DNA of 64,000 nt from Octopus vulgaris (Eukaryota): contig OX597817.1 of assembly GCA_951406725.2 (NCBI GenBank), positions 161,138,001 through 161,202,000 of the forward strand. The letters are read 5' to 3'. Below the pieces are notes generated by a model. It did no database searches and had not been told where the DNA came from. It saw nothing but the letters and a program-made list of their open reading frames with translations. Position numbers and translations under genes: made by a program. Position 1 is the stretch's first letter; each line of letters opens with the position of its first letter. Below are positions 12,235 through 26,154 of the stretch, piece by piece.

Positions 12235-12705
12235 TCTTCTTTTAATCAGGAGTCATGCCATTAGCCACAAAGAATAATCTCTAATTCGAGCCTACTCTAA
12301 GCTACTAAAGAATGCGTGTGGCAACTTGAAGATCCACCCACCACACGCGATAGACTGGCGGTTGCACGGGCGCGAAAGCTACGTCGTTATCCTCATTCCG
12401 TAAACGGTGGCTTTTAACGGGTGGAGAGCTGAACCATTCGCAATCTAGACTAGGGTCTGAAAGTTTACCACACCATAGTGGGTTACACCATGGTTCCTCT
12501 GCTTTGTGGCAGAAGTAGGAAGAAAGAGTGAGAGAAAGTTGTGGCAAAAGAGTACAGCGGGGTTCACCACTACCCCTCCACAGGAGCCTCGTGGAGCTTA
12601 GGTGTTTTTGCTCAATAAACACTCACAATGCCCGGTCTGGGAATTGAAACCGTGTTCTTACGACCTTGAGTCCGCTGCCCTAACCACTGGGCCATTGCAC
12701 CTCCA
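12235..12705 (-). mobile_element. SINE family B head with a distinct long 3' tail
   Basis: Head tggaggtgcaatggcccagtggttagggcagcgg; tail after ctctttcttcct differs from the other B copies. Confidence 0.75.
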
Positions 12706-13436
12706 GTGTTGCTGTTGCCATTGTTGGTGTTGATACTAATTACTGTATAGGGCATAACTGTTGACTTTGTGGCATATGCCAGATACCAATGTTTGCTTGT
12801 CTTCTGTTTTTTTTTTTTGTATATATTTCATTTATTTTATTTTATTTATTTTTTGTTATTTCATTGTTTTAGTTAAGCAGTAATGAACTTTATTTTGGTT
12901 TTATGTGGTTTCAGTGAAATGTTATTTGAGATTATCTTTGCTTTATTTTTTGTTGCTTTTTTTTGTTTTTGTACGTGTGTGAGGTTGGCTATTTCTGTTG
13001 TGTAATTGGGGTTGTATTTATTTGATATTTTTTTTCCCTTCATGTTGTTTTGTGGGATGTGTTATTTTGATATGTCTATAATTATTTTGGTGTATGTATA
13101 TACTTCAGTGTCTACGTCCATGATTGCGGTGTTGTCTAAGAAGCAACACAAAATATCGACCAGCAAACTACCTGTGAGGTCACCAAACCATTGTAGCATA
13201 CAAGAAAGAACATAAATTTACAAAATAGAATAATATAAATAAATAATAATAATTTTCTATCATACAATCAGAAACAATAACATCAAAATTTTGACGCTAT
13301 GAGATTAATTCAAAACAATGTGAATGAATAAACAATACATTTGACAAAATAAATCTTAAAAGTGTTAATCGTTTTGATATCAACTTGCCTGGTTCTATGG
13401 TACAAAATTCCTGTTTTAAAGTGATCCAACTCTTTA

Positions 13437-13695
13437 TAAATAATAAATGCGCCCTTTTAAAGCCTAGCCAGGCTCATGGGCCCGGTTTCTCGGTTTCTAT
13501 GGCGTATGTATTCCCCAGCTGGATGGGACGCCAGTCCATCACAGCGTTACTCATTTTTGCCAGCTGAGTGAACTGGAGCAACGCGAAATGAAGTGTTTTG
13601 CTCAAGAACACAACGCATTGCCCAGTCTAGGAATCGAAACCACAATCTTACGATCATGATGCTGACACCCTAACCACTAAGCCATGAGCCTCCAC
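13437..13695 (-). mobile_element. SINE family C (tRNA head, CORE-like and V-like domains), full length
   Basis: 14-bp TSD gatccaactcttta (13423-13436, 13696-13709); contains gatggactggcgtcccatccag. Confidence 0.9.
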
Positions 13696-13941
13696 GATCC
13701 AACTCTTTAGCATTCAAATTTTTTCGTCAAATGTTGAGACCCCCTTCGGTCATGACTGACCGTGGGATTGCACCTAGAAAGTTACCCTCCCAGGCACAAG
13801 TCCTGTATTTTAAGGGCCCCCCCAAAAAATTTTGCTTTAGATGTATGTATTAGTATGTATTGCTAGAAACAGCTAGGTTTCTTTCTCTAACATTTTACAT
13901 AGTTCAGCCTACACAAGCTAATTGTGTGAAAACAAAATAGG

Positions 13942-14860
13942 AATTTTGAAAGAAGTTTCTATAAAACTAGTTTTTAAACATTGATTAGTTATAGGTGTCC
14001 AACAGAATGAAATAGCAATCAAAGGGGTTCATAGGTAAAAAAAAAATGGTTGAGAGCCCCCCTGATTTAACCCTTTAGATTATTTTGTCAAGTGATCCAT
14101 TTTGTACCCACATTAAGTTAATCATACATTATGTCTTAGTCTCAAGATTTCAATGATGTGATTGCTTACTTTTAGGATGACATTATAGAACAGCTCTTTT
14201 ACTCTTTTACTTGTTTCAGTCATTTGACTGCAGCCATGCTGGAGCACTGCCTTTAGTCGAGCAAATCAACCCCAAGACTTATTCTTTGTAAGCCTAGTAC
14301 TTATTCTATCGGTCTCTTTTGCCGAACCACTAAGTTACGGGGACGTAAAAACACCAGCATCGGTTGTCAAGCGATGTTGAAGGGACAAAAACACACACAC
14401 ACACATATATATGACAGGCTTCTTTCAGTTTCCATCTACCAAATCCACTCACAAGGCTTTGGTCAGCCCGAGACTATAGTAGAAGACACTTGCCCAAGGT
14501 GCCATGCAGTGCAACTGAACCTGGAATTTGTTACCAAGGTTGGTAAGCAAGCTACTTACCACACAACCACTCCTGCTGTGAGATATTTTGAAAGAAGTTT
14601 CTATAAAACTAGTTTTTAAACATTGAATAGTTATAGGGGTCCAACAGAATGAAATAGCAATCAAAGGGGTCCATAGGTAAAAAAAATAGTTGAAAGCCCC
14701 CCCCCCCCCCCCCGATTTAACCCTTTAGATTATTCTGTCAAGTGATACTTTTTTTTTGCCCACATTGTTTTAAGTTAATCATACATTATGTCTTAGTCTC
14801 AAGATTTCAATGATGTGATTGTTTGCTTTTAGAATGACATTATAGAACAGCTGTGAGATA
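13942..14860. repeat. ~260-bp tandem duplication with SINE A (14193-14577, minus) inserted near the end of the first copy
   Basis: ttttgaaagaagtttctataaaactag..gacattatagaacagct occurs at ~13943 and ~14586. Confidence 0.85.
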
Positions 14861-14939
14861 TCAGATCTGGCTGGTTTGAATAATAAAACAGGTAGGATAT
14901 TTTTGCGCCCCAGATATGGCTGGTTTAAATACCGAAGGG
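14721..14939. mobile_element. piggyBac-like MITE (TTAA|CCC..GGG|TTAA)
   Basis: ttaa-ccctttag ... cgaaggg-ttaa; homologous to 25795-26014. Confidence 0.75.
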
Positions 14940-15334
14940 TTAAACAGGTAGAATAATTGGGGGCTGGATATGGCTTGTATGAATGCAAAAGGGTCAAATG
15001 GATTAGAAAGTGTTTTGTGAGATTCACAATTCTAATTACCACATACCATGAGTGTGTGTGTTTGGTGGATGACTACTTTTAATGTATGTGTATTTATGTA
15101 CATAGTGGGTTTGAGATGAGATAAGAAAAATCCTGCGTAATTTTACTGCTGTCAAGTGGTCAGTTGGAGGTAGATTAACCTCCTTGCCTGAAGCCATCTG
15201 GCCAGTATGTGTGTGTGGGCGTGGGTGTGCACACGCATGTAAGTGTGTGTGTGTGTGTGTGTGTGTGTGTTGGGAATATTGGAAGAGAAATGCTATCTTG
15301 TATCTTCTTGAAGTGGCTACCACAAAGTATGCAT

Positions 15335-15366
<32 letters not shown>

Positions 15367-15470
15367 ATGCATGTGTTTGTATGTATATATGTGTATATGT
15401 ATGCAACCCTCCACACATATATGTATATGTGTAAATATATTTGTATGTGTGTGTATATATATATATATAT

Positions 15471-15521
<51 letters not shown>

Positions 15522-15584
15522 TGCATATATGTATGTTTGTATGAATATATATGTATGTGTGTAAATAAAGAATCTTCTTTAATC

Positions 15585-16384
15585 ATTTCACCGTTGGAAT
15601 GAGATTGGAAGGAGTCCATTCTGCAATATGGATACATGTATCTGAGTTTATGTTTCCCTTACACTCCACCAGCTCTGATCAACCATTGCTCCAAATTGCT
15701 CCCCAGACATCACAAAATAGCTGCTGAGTTTCATTGTTGGCTGCAATCTTTTCACATCTAATTCTTGATCAAAGAGTCTCCAGACCCACACTCAACCACT
15801 GTCAGGAAATACAGCAAATCTGGACTCATCAGAGAATATGACAGTGTCTCAAAATGCTAGTGGCTTCTCCACCATCTTACTGACCCTATCTTTTCTCCTT
15901 TTGATATTGGCTGTTTGGAGAAGTAGCTTCCTTCATGCTACTCTGCCAAAGTAAACAAGTTTGTGCAAATGCCTGACAGATGTCTGGGACTGACATCAAC
16001 TTGTTCTGCTGTGTCAGAGGCCTTGCAACGAGGATTATCCACCACACTTAACAAAGAGAAGGGTCCTGTCCTGGTTGATCTGGGTGAGGTTTTGTGGACT
16101 CTTTCCCCTCTCCTGGTGAATTGCACAATCACTCTATTAACTGTAGAAAGAAGGCTCCAAGGTTTTCTGCAATTTTAGGCTATGTCCACCTCCAGAATAA
16201 ACTACAATATGGCCTCTTTGAAATCCAGACAGTTCCAAAGCTTCCTTTGTACATGGCATGATTAAACAGTCACATATAGAACCTGAAATATAAAAATGTC
16301 AATTAATAAAAAATATAAACCTTTACAAGTTAGAATAAACACGAAACAATGTTTAATGGGGTGTCTATTTACTTCTGCCATGTT

Positions 16385-16388
<4 letters not shown>
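15585..16388 (-). pseudogene. Decayed Tc1-like transposon 5' half (TIR, HTH region, first catalytic Asp)
   Basis: Minus-strand translation VIFSDESRFAVFPDSG*VWVWR and a ~WGAI motif; terminal cacaaacatggcagaagtaaatagacacccc resembles a Tc1 TIR; stops and frameshifts. Confidence 0.8.
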
Positions 16389-16430
<42 letters not shown>

Positions 16431-16431
<1 letters not shown>

Positions 16432-16636
16432 TTTATTTAAAGCAGCAGAAAATTCAACAAAATCTGTTACTCTGAGTTTCTCGTTGCAAAAACTGTCCGA
16501 TGAACGGCAACGAGAGACTCAGAGTAACAGATTTTGTTGAATTTTCTGCTGCTTTAAATAAAGCATATTACTCTACCACTGGTATTTGAGTACTCTTTTT
16601 TTCCACCTTGTTTCACATTTATGTGTTTACTCCGGT
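16431..16636 (+). mobile_element. (AT)n-embedded foldback element containing a minimal hammerhead-like motif (Penelope-like pLTR remnant)
   Basis: ~55-bp inverted arms; ctgt-CCGATGA-a-cg-gcaa-cg-a-GA(g/a)A-ct-cag-agTA-acag. Confidence 0.7.
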
Positions 16637-16645
16637 ATATAAATA

Positions 16646-16686
<41 letters not shown>

Positions 16687-16844
16687 AGATAGATAGATAG
16701 ATAGATAGATCGACAGATGTGTGTATGTATCTTATATGTATACGTGTAAGGATGTCTGAGGTTGTGGGTATAGGTTGAGAAAGAGAAGCAGAAGTTGCAC
16801 AGGATCTGCAGATAACTTGAAGTTGTCATGCCACAATGAATGTG

Positions 16845-16887
<43 letters not shown>

Positions 16888-17247
16888 GCGGAGAAAGAGT
16901 AAGGAGAAGAAGGAAGGAAAAACCGAGACAGTCTGTCTGTTAGCCAGCATCTTCTGCTATTTCCATTCGTTCCACTTCTCTACAGAAGACTACTTGCAGG
17001 AGGACTTAACGTCCTTTCACTCCTTTGTTACAGACCTCTTTTGTTGATCTACTTACATGCGTATAATACCTGGAACATGGACAAGTGGAATGCAATGAGC
17101 ATTGTGTGGGCTTTTGTGTGTTCATATATTACACATACACACTTAGGTATGAACACACACTCACTCTTACATACTCACAGACATATATCGGCACGTGTGC
17201 GCGCACACACACACACACACATGTAATCAAATTGAATACAAAACCGA

Positions 17248-17569
17248 AAGAACTATTAATACATATACATAGGCATATACATATATATGCATACATACTT
17301 ATATACACACACACATATATACACATGCATATGCACATATATATATACATGCATATGCACATATATACATGTATATACGCATACATACATACATATATAT
17401 ATACGCATACATACATCCGTACATATATACATATATATAAAGAGCTATTAATACATATACATAGGCATATACATATATATGCATACATACTTATATACAC
17501 ACACACATATATACACATGCATATGCATATACATATACATGCATATGCACATATATACATACATATACG

Positions 17570-17600
<31 letters not shown>
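17248..17600. repeat. Duplicated ~190-bp microsatellite-derived unit
   Basis: aagaactattaatacatatacataggcatatac.. recurs at ~17439 (aagagctatta..). Confidence 0.85.
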
Positions 17601-17603
<3 letters not shown>

Positions 17604-18037
17604 TATACTCATACACACATATATATACACATCTATTTGTCTATCTATCTGTGTGTGTGTGTGTGTGTGTGTGTAAACAAAGGCATATATACATACATAT
17701 GTCGACAGCGTTGATGTCAAGAATTTATATACTCAGAAGAGAATGTGAAATGATTCTTCTTTGGAATAATGGTTTTTTGAAGCATGCATAAATCTATAAA
17801 TAATAGTATGTAAGTCTTCGGTTGAAAAACCTCTTTTGGATAGTAACAGTCAAAAGCTCACACACACACACATATTCACACACACATACATATTCACACA
17901 CACATACATATTCACACACATTCACATAATGAGCACAAAAATGGTGGAATGGTTAAGAAGTTTGGTATGCAACATTATGGTGGTTTTGGGTTCTTTCCAA
18001 CTGTACCATATTTTGAGTAATGAATGAAATCAGTAGA

Positions 18038-18084
<47 letters not shown>

Positions 18085-20266
18085 AAATCCAACTGACAAT
18101 ATTGAGTGCTACATTCATTCATTTGATCACCCACTCACTCACTCTCCTCTGCCTGTCTATCTCTCTTACCGACTCTCTCTCTCTCTCTTCATATATGTAT
18201 ATTAAGGAATGAAAGAAAATAGCATTGAGCATACTTAGTTGCAGTTAGATGTATTTAATAACAGTTTGACTCACCTCCACATTACCTTAAGTTTCATGAG
18301 CATAGAACACTCATTAGGTGTTCTGGGACTCTGAACAGCAGATGACTGGATGTGTTCTACACCCATAAAATTTACGTGGTGTCAAATTTGCCTGTGTGCG
18401 CATCTGTGTCTACTGCCTTCTCTAGACATTACCGGATAGTTGTAAACAATTGTCATACAAGCACTGTCCTTCATTTCTAAGTTTCTGGGAAAGCATAAAT
18501 TTGTGAAGGTTTGTGACAGGGAAAGCATCCAGCTGTAGAAAACATGCCTCTGCGAAATTGTCTGACCCATGGAAGCAAGGAAAAGTTGATGTTAAAATGA
18601 GGAGGATGTATCTTTTGATGACTACATTATTCAGTGACAAGGAAGCTTGTAAGTGGTTGCTTGACCTGTTAAAAATAGCAAGTAAATCTCCCTCAAATCA
18701 AATTTGGGAAAGTATTATTTCTACTGTCAACAATAGTAGTAGAATTTATTGAATGTGTGTGTGTGTGTAGATAGATGTAGATATAAAGATATATATTTAG
18801 CTGAAGTATATTGTGTGTGTGTGTGTGTGTGTGTAATCATTATCATTTAACATTCACTTCCCATGTTTGCATGCATCAGAAGGAATTTGTTGAGGCAGAT
18901 TTTCTACAGCTGGATGCTTTTGCATTTGCCAACCCTCATTTAGTTAGAAGTAACATGATATTTCCCCATGGCCGGGGAGGTTTTTCTTCAAAAACTGCAA
19001 ACACGCAACCTTGCTTATATGATAATGATGCTCATTTACAACCATCATCTGTTGTCTAGGCAAGGGTACATGCAAATTTGCAAACACATTGGTACACACA
19101 TGCCCCACCACACACACACACATGCCGGTGGCACATAAAAAGCACCAACCGATTGTGGCTGTTGCCAGCCTCCTCTGTCCTCTGTGCCACCGGCACAGAA
19201 GACAGAAGAGGCTGGCACATAAAAGCACCCACTACACTCATGGAGTGTTTGGCATTAGGAAGGGCATCCAGCTGTAGAAACACTGCCAGATCAGACTGGA
19301 GCCTGGTGCAGCCTCCTGGCTTCCCAGATCCCGGTTGAACCATCCAACCCATGCTAGCATGGAAAACGGATGTTAAACATTGATGATAATGATGATGATT
19401 TATGCATGAATACATATATGTATATTTGTATGTATGTATAAATGATGGGCTTCATACAATTTCCATCGACCCAATCCACACATAAGGCTTTGGTTGGGCT
19501 AGAGCTACAGTAGAAGACACTTGCTCATAAGGAATTATAAGGAACTATTTCAAATTAGTGGAAATGTAAATAAAAATGTGTGTATGTGTGTGTACATGCA
19601 CTGTATGTGTGTTTTGTGCATGTGCACGAGGTAGTTTGAATGTATATGTATATAACTAGGATGGTCTGTGGTAACCATTAGTATCTAGCTGTCTGCAACT
19701 TTTACTAAACTCTAGTAAAGACCTCTTTGATCGTTGCACTAGAGTTTTAAGTTTGGCTGACCAAACTATAATTTCTCACAGCACCCCATCATCGTACTCC
19801 AAGTACAGTATTTTGCTTCCACTTAGAGACTTCTTGAGAACCTCTTAAAAGGTTGAGAGGATTGTAAGAACACATGACTGGCTGCAAACAATGAGATTAA
19901 TGGGTTTGGTTCCTGAAATTTTATCTGTGGGAGGACAATCTCATCACTGTAGACTTGACTGTAGGCTTGTGTAGATGGAACAGTTGTGAATATAGTAGAT
20001 AGCTAATAAGTTATAGTATATCATTGTCATCGTTGTCATCATCATCATCTTCATTTAGCATTCACTTTTCCATGCTTGCATAGGTTAGACAATTCATTGA
20101 TGCAGATTTTCTATGGCCAAGTTCCCTTCCTGTTACCAACTCTCCTTGTTTCCAAGCAAGGTAATATTTTCCCATAGCTCTACATGTTTTCCATGGAAGA
20201 CTGGAAGTGAACAACATCATTTGTTTAATAATCCTTTCTATTTGGTTTCTGAAATTTTATCTGTGG

Positions 20267-20428
20267 GAGTTGCTGTGTGGTAAGTAGCTTGCTTACAAAC
20301 CACATGGTTCCGGGTAAGTATCTTACCGGCAAGCTTGGGCAAGTATCTTCTACTATAGCCACAGGCCAACCAAAGCCTCATGAGTGGATTTTGTAGACGG
20401 AAACTGAAAGGAACCCATCGTATAAATG

Positions 20429-20459
<31 letters not shown>

Positions 20460-20688
20460 GCATGTGTGTGTATATATTTGTGTGTCTGTGTTTGTCCCCA
20501 CCAACATCGCTTGACAACTGATGCTGGTGTGTTTACGTCACCGTAACTTAGCGGTTCGGCAAAAGAGAACAACAGAATAAGTACTAGGCTTACAAAGAAT
20601 AAGTCCTGGGTCGATTTGCTCGACTAAAGGTGTTGCTCCAGCATATCCACAGTGAAATGACTGAAACAAGTAAAAGACTAAAAGAGTA
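20267..20688 (+). mobile_element. SINE family A
   Basis: Same head, internal (TA/TG)n and tail. Confidence 0.85.
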
Positions 20689-21592
20689 AATTTGTTAGGA
20701 TGAAGCTAGTTGATTACATCTATTTCAGTGTTCAGCCGGTACTTATTTTATCGACCCTCCCAAAGAATGAAAGTCAAACGTAGTGGAAGACACTTGCCCT
20801 GTGTGCTGTGCTGAAGAACTGAACCCGAGACCACATGGTTGGGAAGCAAGCTTGTTAACCACACATCCATGCCTGCACCTATCATTATGTAAAAACAGTT
20901 GCTCCTGGGAAAGCATGGAAGGATGGATGTGAAACAGTTGAAATGAATGGTTGTGTAGTCATAGTGCTTTTGAAATATTTGCTCACAGATCTTGGGGTAC
21001 CGCAGGTCAGCAACAAGCATTTTCTTGAGTATTTAGGCCAGGCATGGGCAACCCTTTTTGAGAAGCAGGCCACATGAGACATGATTCATCATCAGGCAGG
21101 TCACACTATTAACAAAAAAAAAAAAAAAAATTCATGGTAATTTTTCATTGACCATGCCATTTAGAAATTCTTACAAGCCACATACAACCCATGGGCCACA
21201 ATTTGCCCATAATTCGTTTAGGCATTCAGCAATGCCCTTATTATCAATGTATGTAGTATGTTAATGTCTAAGGGAGAAAGTAGAAAGATGTTTCTTATTG
21301 TTATACCTTGGTATGGTCATATTTTGCCAGTAAACACACACACACACACTATAGGTTTGGTCTTTATTTCAGCTTTACTTTTATTATTTTTGTTTCTTTG
21401 TCAAAGCTCTTTCATCACACATCCTGTGACCTCTTCAGCAACTCTTTATGCCACGTGTCTCCTCTTGTTGCATCTATGTTTATTGGCAAAATATGACCAC
21501 TCCCAACACATGATCTCATGTCAGGAATTTTGCAAAACAAAAAAACATAAGTGATGTTTCTTATGTTATTCTTCTATTTATGTATATGTTGT

Positions 21593-21880
21593 GAATGCCA
21601 CATTTGTAAGCAATGGACTCAAGCCCAAAATGCAAGTTGTAGATTTGGCTGCTATTTCTAGCAGGTTGAATGATTTATGAGTACCACATGTAGAAGCAAT
21701 GGATTCAAAGCTAAAATTAAAATGGTTGAGTGCATCAAATTGAAGATTAGGTTGTTATTTCCAGCTAGTTGAGTGACTTGCGAATATCACATTACAAGCA
21801 ATGGACTCAAAGCCAAAAACTTGCTAGGGTGCAAGTTGAAGATTCAGCTGCTATTTCCAGCTAGTTGGGCGACTATGTAG
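21593..21880. repeat. Three diverged ~90-100-bp tandem units
   Basis: cacat..aagcaatgga(c/t)tcaa..gctatttc(t/c)agc at ~21600, ~21686, ~21788. Confidence 0.75.
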
Positions 21881-22299
21881 AGGCCTTATCATTGACTCAA
21901 TAAGTAGAAATTCTTAAAAAAAAAAAGCTGTCGAAAGTTAAAATGTTTGTGATACATAAAAATCTCCAATTTAGGAAGGTCTATAATAGCATGGAAGTCA
22001 TGTTTAGTTTCCCCATTGAGATGAATGATAAAGGAAAGGAGTGTTGAGTGAAGGAGTTCCAGTCTCCTTGCATTTTGAGTGGAGAGTAACTGAAGAAGGA
22101 CAGAGGGAAGCCACAGAAAGATCTGGGGCTGAAAATTCTTTAATCTCAAATAAGGATGCATGGTGGTTTTGTCAGTGTGTTGGTCCTTACTATCCATTTA
22201 GCATCTATGCAGCGGAAAGCTGAACTGGGCTGATGTTAAACTGATGATTCTGATGAAAGTGATGATAGTGGTGGGTGTGATGGTGGTGATAGCATCAAT

Positions 22300-22326
22300 T
22301 TCATCCTGCTGCTGCTGCTGCTGCTG

Positions 22327-22370
<44 letters not shown>

Positions 22371-22770
22371 ACAACAGATGACATTAATTCTACCATTCTG
22401 ACTATCATCACCACAGTGACTTACTTGGCTATTACTGCTAATACTAATACCACCATTTATTTCTACTACTGCAACTTCTACCCTCCACCAATATCACTAA
22501 CAACACTACCCACCACCACCACCACCACCATCAGTATTGTCATGAACATCACCACCACCACTGCAATCATGAACTACTACTACTACTACTACAACAAATA
22601 CTACTACAACCACCACCACTTCCACCACAACCACTTGTACAACAACTACTAACTCCCACCAACCCCACTACACCAACAATAACCACCACCATCACCACCA
22701 CTGCTGCTACTACTACTACTACTACCACCACCACCGCCACCACCACCACCACCACTACTACTACACCAAA
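22300..22770. repeat. Trinucleotide low-complexity block (CTG)n, (CAC)n, (TAC)n
   Basis: Directly visible. Confidence 0.9.
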
Positions 22771-23575
22771 TTACCACTCCTCATCTTCCTTAACTTCAGT
22801 AAACAATCATGACCAAATAGCTAACAATATAACTTCCTTGTTAGCTTGAGAGGAAATTTCTCGTTTTATAAGTGTTCATAACACCAAACAATAAGCCTTC
22901 CTAAAGCTTCCCTGTAACACATTTACACATTATACAGAATTAATTCCTTATGCGAGTACCTTAATCTCAGCTCTAAGCACCTTACTCTGTTCCACCTAAA
23001 TAAATCCAGATTTAAGTCTTGGTTATTGCTGTCGTTGACAAATTTCTTCATTAAAAACTCATGTCATATCACATTGTCCCCCACTTTTTATGACTGTAGG
23101 GAGATTTGTTGTGCAGGATTTGGGTTGAGCCCTGCAACAGAGAAACATGTATTGTCACTGTTGTGAATCAATGATATTCACTTAGAAAAGTCTTAAATCA
23201 TCAATGTGACCTGTTTTCTATTCTCTGGTAAATATTTGGCTTTATGATGTACCCATATAAATACATCATCATCGTCATCGTCGTCGTCGTCATCATCATC
23301 ATAATTATTATGGTGGTGAGCAGGCAGAATTGTTAGCAGCATTTCTTCCAACTTCACATTCTGAATTCAAATACTGCTGGTGTTGACTTTGCTTTTCATT
23401 CTTTGTAGGGTGGGGGTCATTAAACTAAATACCAGTTGTATATTGGGGTCAATGTACTTGACTATCCCCTTCCCTCAAAGTTTTAGACTTTGTGTGTATA
23501 CTAGAAAAGATTATTGTTGTTATTATTATTATTATTGTTATTATTATTATTATTATTATTATTAAGGTGGCGAGC

Positions 23576-23795
23576 TGGCAGACACGTTAGCGCGCTGGGC
23601 GAAATGCTTAGCGGTATTTCGTCTGTCGTTACGTTCTGAGTTCAAATTCCGCCGAGGTCGACTTTGCCTTTCATCCTTTCGGGGTTGATAAATTAAGTAC
23701 CAGTTTCGCACTGTGGTTGATGTAATTGACTTAATCCCTTTGTCTGTTCTTGTTTGTCCCCTCTATGTTTAGCTCCTTGTGGGAAATAAAGAAAT
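23576..23795 (+). mobile_element. Meta-like SINE, monomeric
   Basis: Same head and core as 1170 with a single body. Confidence 0.85.
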
Positions 23796-23807
23796 ATATT
23801 ATTTCAT

Positions 23808-24742
23808 ACCATTAAAGTGACACTGGGGTACAAATATATGAGGCCCAGATAAATGAAACACCCATGTTTCCAGAAGTGAATTATTCAAACCTCCAAGAAT
23901 TCCTTTAAACACACGGCTATGATGCTCCACCACTACTTTTGCTTGTGATCAGAGATGCACATATCATCGACCACTAAGGAACATGCTCCACTGGTTAAGA
24001 TCAAGAAACTGACAAGCAAATCTGTGGTTTTGAGCAGAATATTTGGTGTAGCCCATCTTTTATACCAAGACAAAACATGTACATGATAACACTTCCAGTC
24101 AGTTAAGATCAGAAGCCATGAGAGCTGCTACCTGGTACTGCATCAGGACATTTATTATTATTATTATTACTATCATTATTGAGTGAGAGAGCAGTGCATG
24201 CCATCAAAGTGAGACTGAGCTACAAATATACAAAGCCCAGTGTACCCATCATGACTACCCGTCTGATAAGGGTATACCAGGCACATGCATCACAACAATA
24301 TGTGCACGAAATAATGATCTCATATCAAGATAAACAGCACATGACCTTGCAGGTGGGGCCCAGTTAGAAATTTCTTCAGGTTGAGTAGCCCATCCTGCTC
24401 AAAAGGTCCCTGAATAAGGGTTGTTTAAGGATGTGGAACAAAACATCTATGCTTTCAAAAGTGAATTATCCAAACCCCAAAGAATTCCTCTCAACACATG
24501 GCTATGATATTTCCCCTATTATTTCTGCTTGTGATCTCAGAGATGCACATATCGTCAGCCACTAAGGGACATGGTAAACTGGTTTAGGTCAAGCAACTGA
24601 CAAGCAAATCTGTGGTATTGAGCAGAATATTTGCTGTAGCCCATCTTTTATATCAAGACAAAACAATGTACATGATAACACCTCCAGTCAGTTAAGATCA
24701 GAAGCCACGAGAGCCACTGCCTGGTACTGCATCAGGGCATTT
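23808..24742. mobile_element. Two tandem copies of a (TAA)n-flanked non-coding repeat (element X; the first copy is internally deleted)
   Basis: Both copies end ctggtactgcatcagg(g/a)cattt-(att)n; third copy at 42865-43160 in the opposite orientation. Confidence 0.8.
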
Positions 24743-24767
24743 ATTATTATTATTATTATTATTATTC

Positions 24768-25190
24768 TATGTTTGACTTTTGCTTTACATTTGCACAAAC
24801 TGGCTCCATGTCTCACCCAGAGACCTCAAGAGACAACAAGTTGGAAGTTCGTGTTGGTGTTATGCCTAGGGTGCCATATATTTTGTTTTGTACTTGGTGT
24901 CTAAAAAACCAAGCGAAAATTATGTTTGTTTTAAAACTTCAGATTACATAGGAGATTACATTTTGTGTAGGATATGAGCAGTTCCCATGAGCACTATCTT
25001 TTGAATTTCTGCCATTTTTGGATTTCCTGGTATCTGAGTTAGGTAGCAATCAGCCCCTTTTGCTATCATTCCCAGGGCACCTATGACAACAGGTATTGTT
25101 TTAGTCTTCAGGTTCCACATTTTGCTGATTTCTATTTCAAGATCTTTATATTTGCTCAGTTTCTGGTAGGTCTTGACAGATACGTTTATA
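24768..25190 (-). mobile_element. R4/Dong-like non-LTR retrotransposon 3' end (restriction-like endonuclease C-terminus)
   Basis: Translation NVSVKTYQKLSKYKDLEIEISKMWNLKTKTIPVVIGALGMIAKG..IQKIVLMGTAHIL; (TAA)n tracts on both sides. Confidence 0.8.
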
Positions 25191-25211
25191 TGTTTATTAT
25201 CATTATTATTA

Positions 25212-25254
<43 letters not shown>

Positions 25255-25794
25255 GTATACTAATTATATGCGTACGTATTGTGTTACATCATGCCTGTGA
25301 TATTTTTAGAGAAATAAATGAAAGGGATATGCTGACCAACTTGACAAATCCATCATCCTGATGTTCTGTACTATTTAATCTAGTTTTAATTTCCTTTTGG
25401 GTTTACAAAGAACACACAGACTTAATAGCATTGATGTGTCATGTTAATTAGTTAAGTAATTATAAATTAGGGTCGGTAGTGATCATGACACTTTTAAATG
25501 TGCTTAGCTAATGAGTTAACTGCTTAACCTTTCCTAAGTTCAAACCAGTTGGATGTAAGCCAAAATTTAGCTGAAAAGACAATCACATTTTGGCAGTTAC
25601 AAGACCTAGAATTCTTTCTTTCTTTTAATACAAGACAAAAAAAAAAGTAAGAGATTGAGAAAAAAAAACGTAAGTGCAGGCATGGCTGTATGGTAGAAAG
25701 TTTGCTTCTCAACCACGTAGTTTTGAGTTCAGTCCCATTGTGTGGTACCTTGGACAAGTGTCTTCTACTATAATCTTGGACAGCTCATGCTTAA

Positions 25795-26014
25795 CCCTTT
25801 GGCATTCGGATTACTTTGTCAAGTGTAATACTTATTTATTAACATTGCTTTGAATTACTCATATATTATCTAGTTGCTTTGAGATTTCAATGATGTGATG
25901 GTATATTTTTAGAATGTCATTGTAGGGTAGGTGTGAGAAGCCAGATCTGGCAAGTTTGAACATAAAACAAGTAAAATATTAGGGCCGGATGTGGCTGGTT
26001 TAAATGCTAAAGGG
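25795..26014. mobile_element. piggyBac-like MITE
   Basis: TTAA TSDs; TIR ccctttggcatt / aatgctaaaggg. Confidence 0.8.
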
Positions 26015-26154
26015 TTAATATAAGGAAATGTTGTCATCATATTGCTGTTCATTTACAGTATTCTGTGAAAACATCTCTGGCCATTGTACTGCTTATATTA
26101 AAAAAATGAAGGGAAATATTGTCTTGGTTGGGAACAATTGAATATTAGCAAAAG

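Noticed and set aside
17085-17714. Long ORFs such as 209 aa here, 198 aa at 47414 and 265 aa at 58653
   Set aside because: Translations of TA/CA/TG microsatellites (HTHT, YIYI, CVCV); stop-free by composition
22200-22370. PolyQ/His-rich coding exon on the minus strand
   Set aside because: The CAG tract has a frameshifting extra base, no convincing splice sites, and lies in a trinucleotide-rich block
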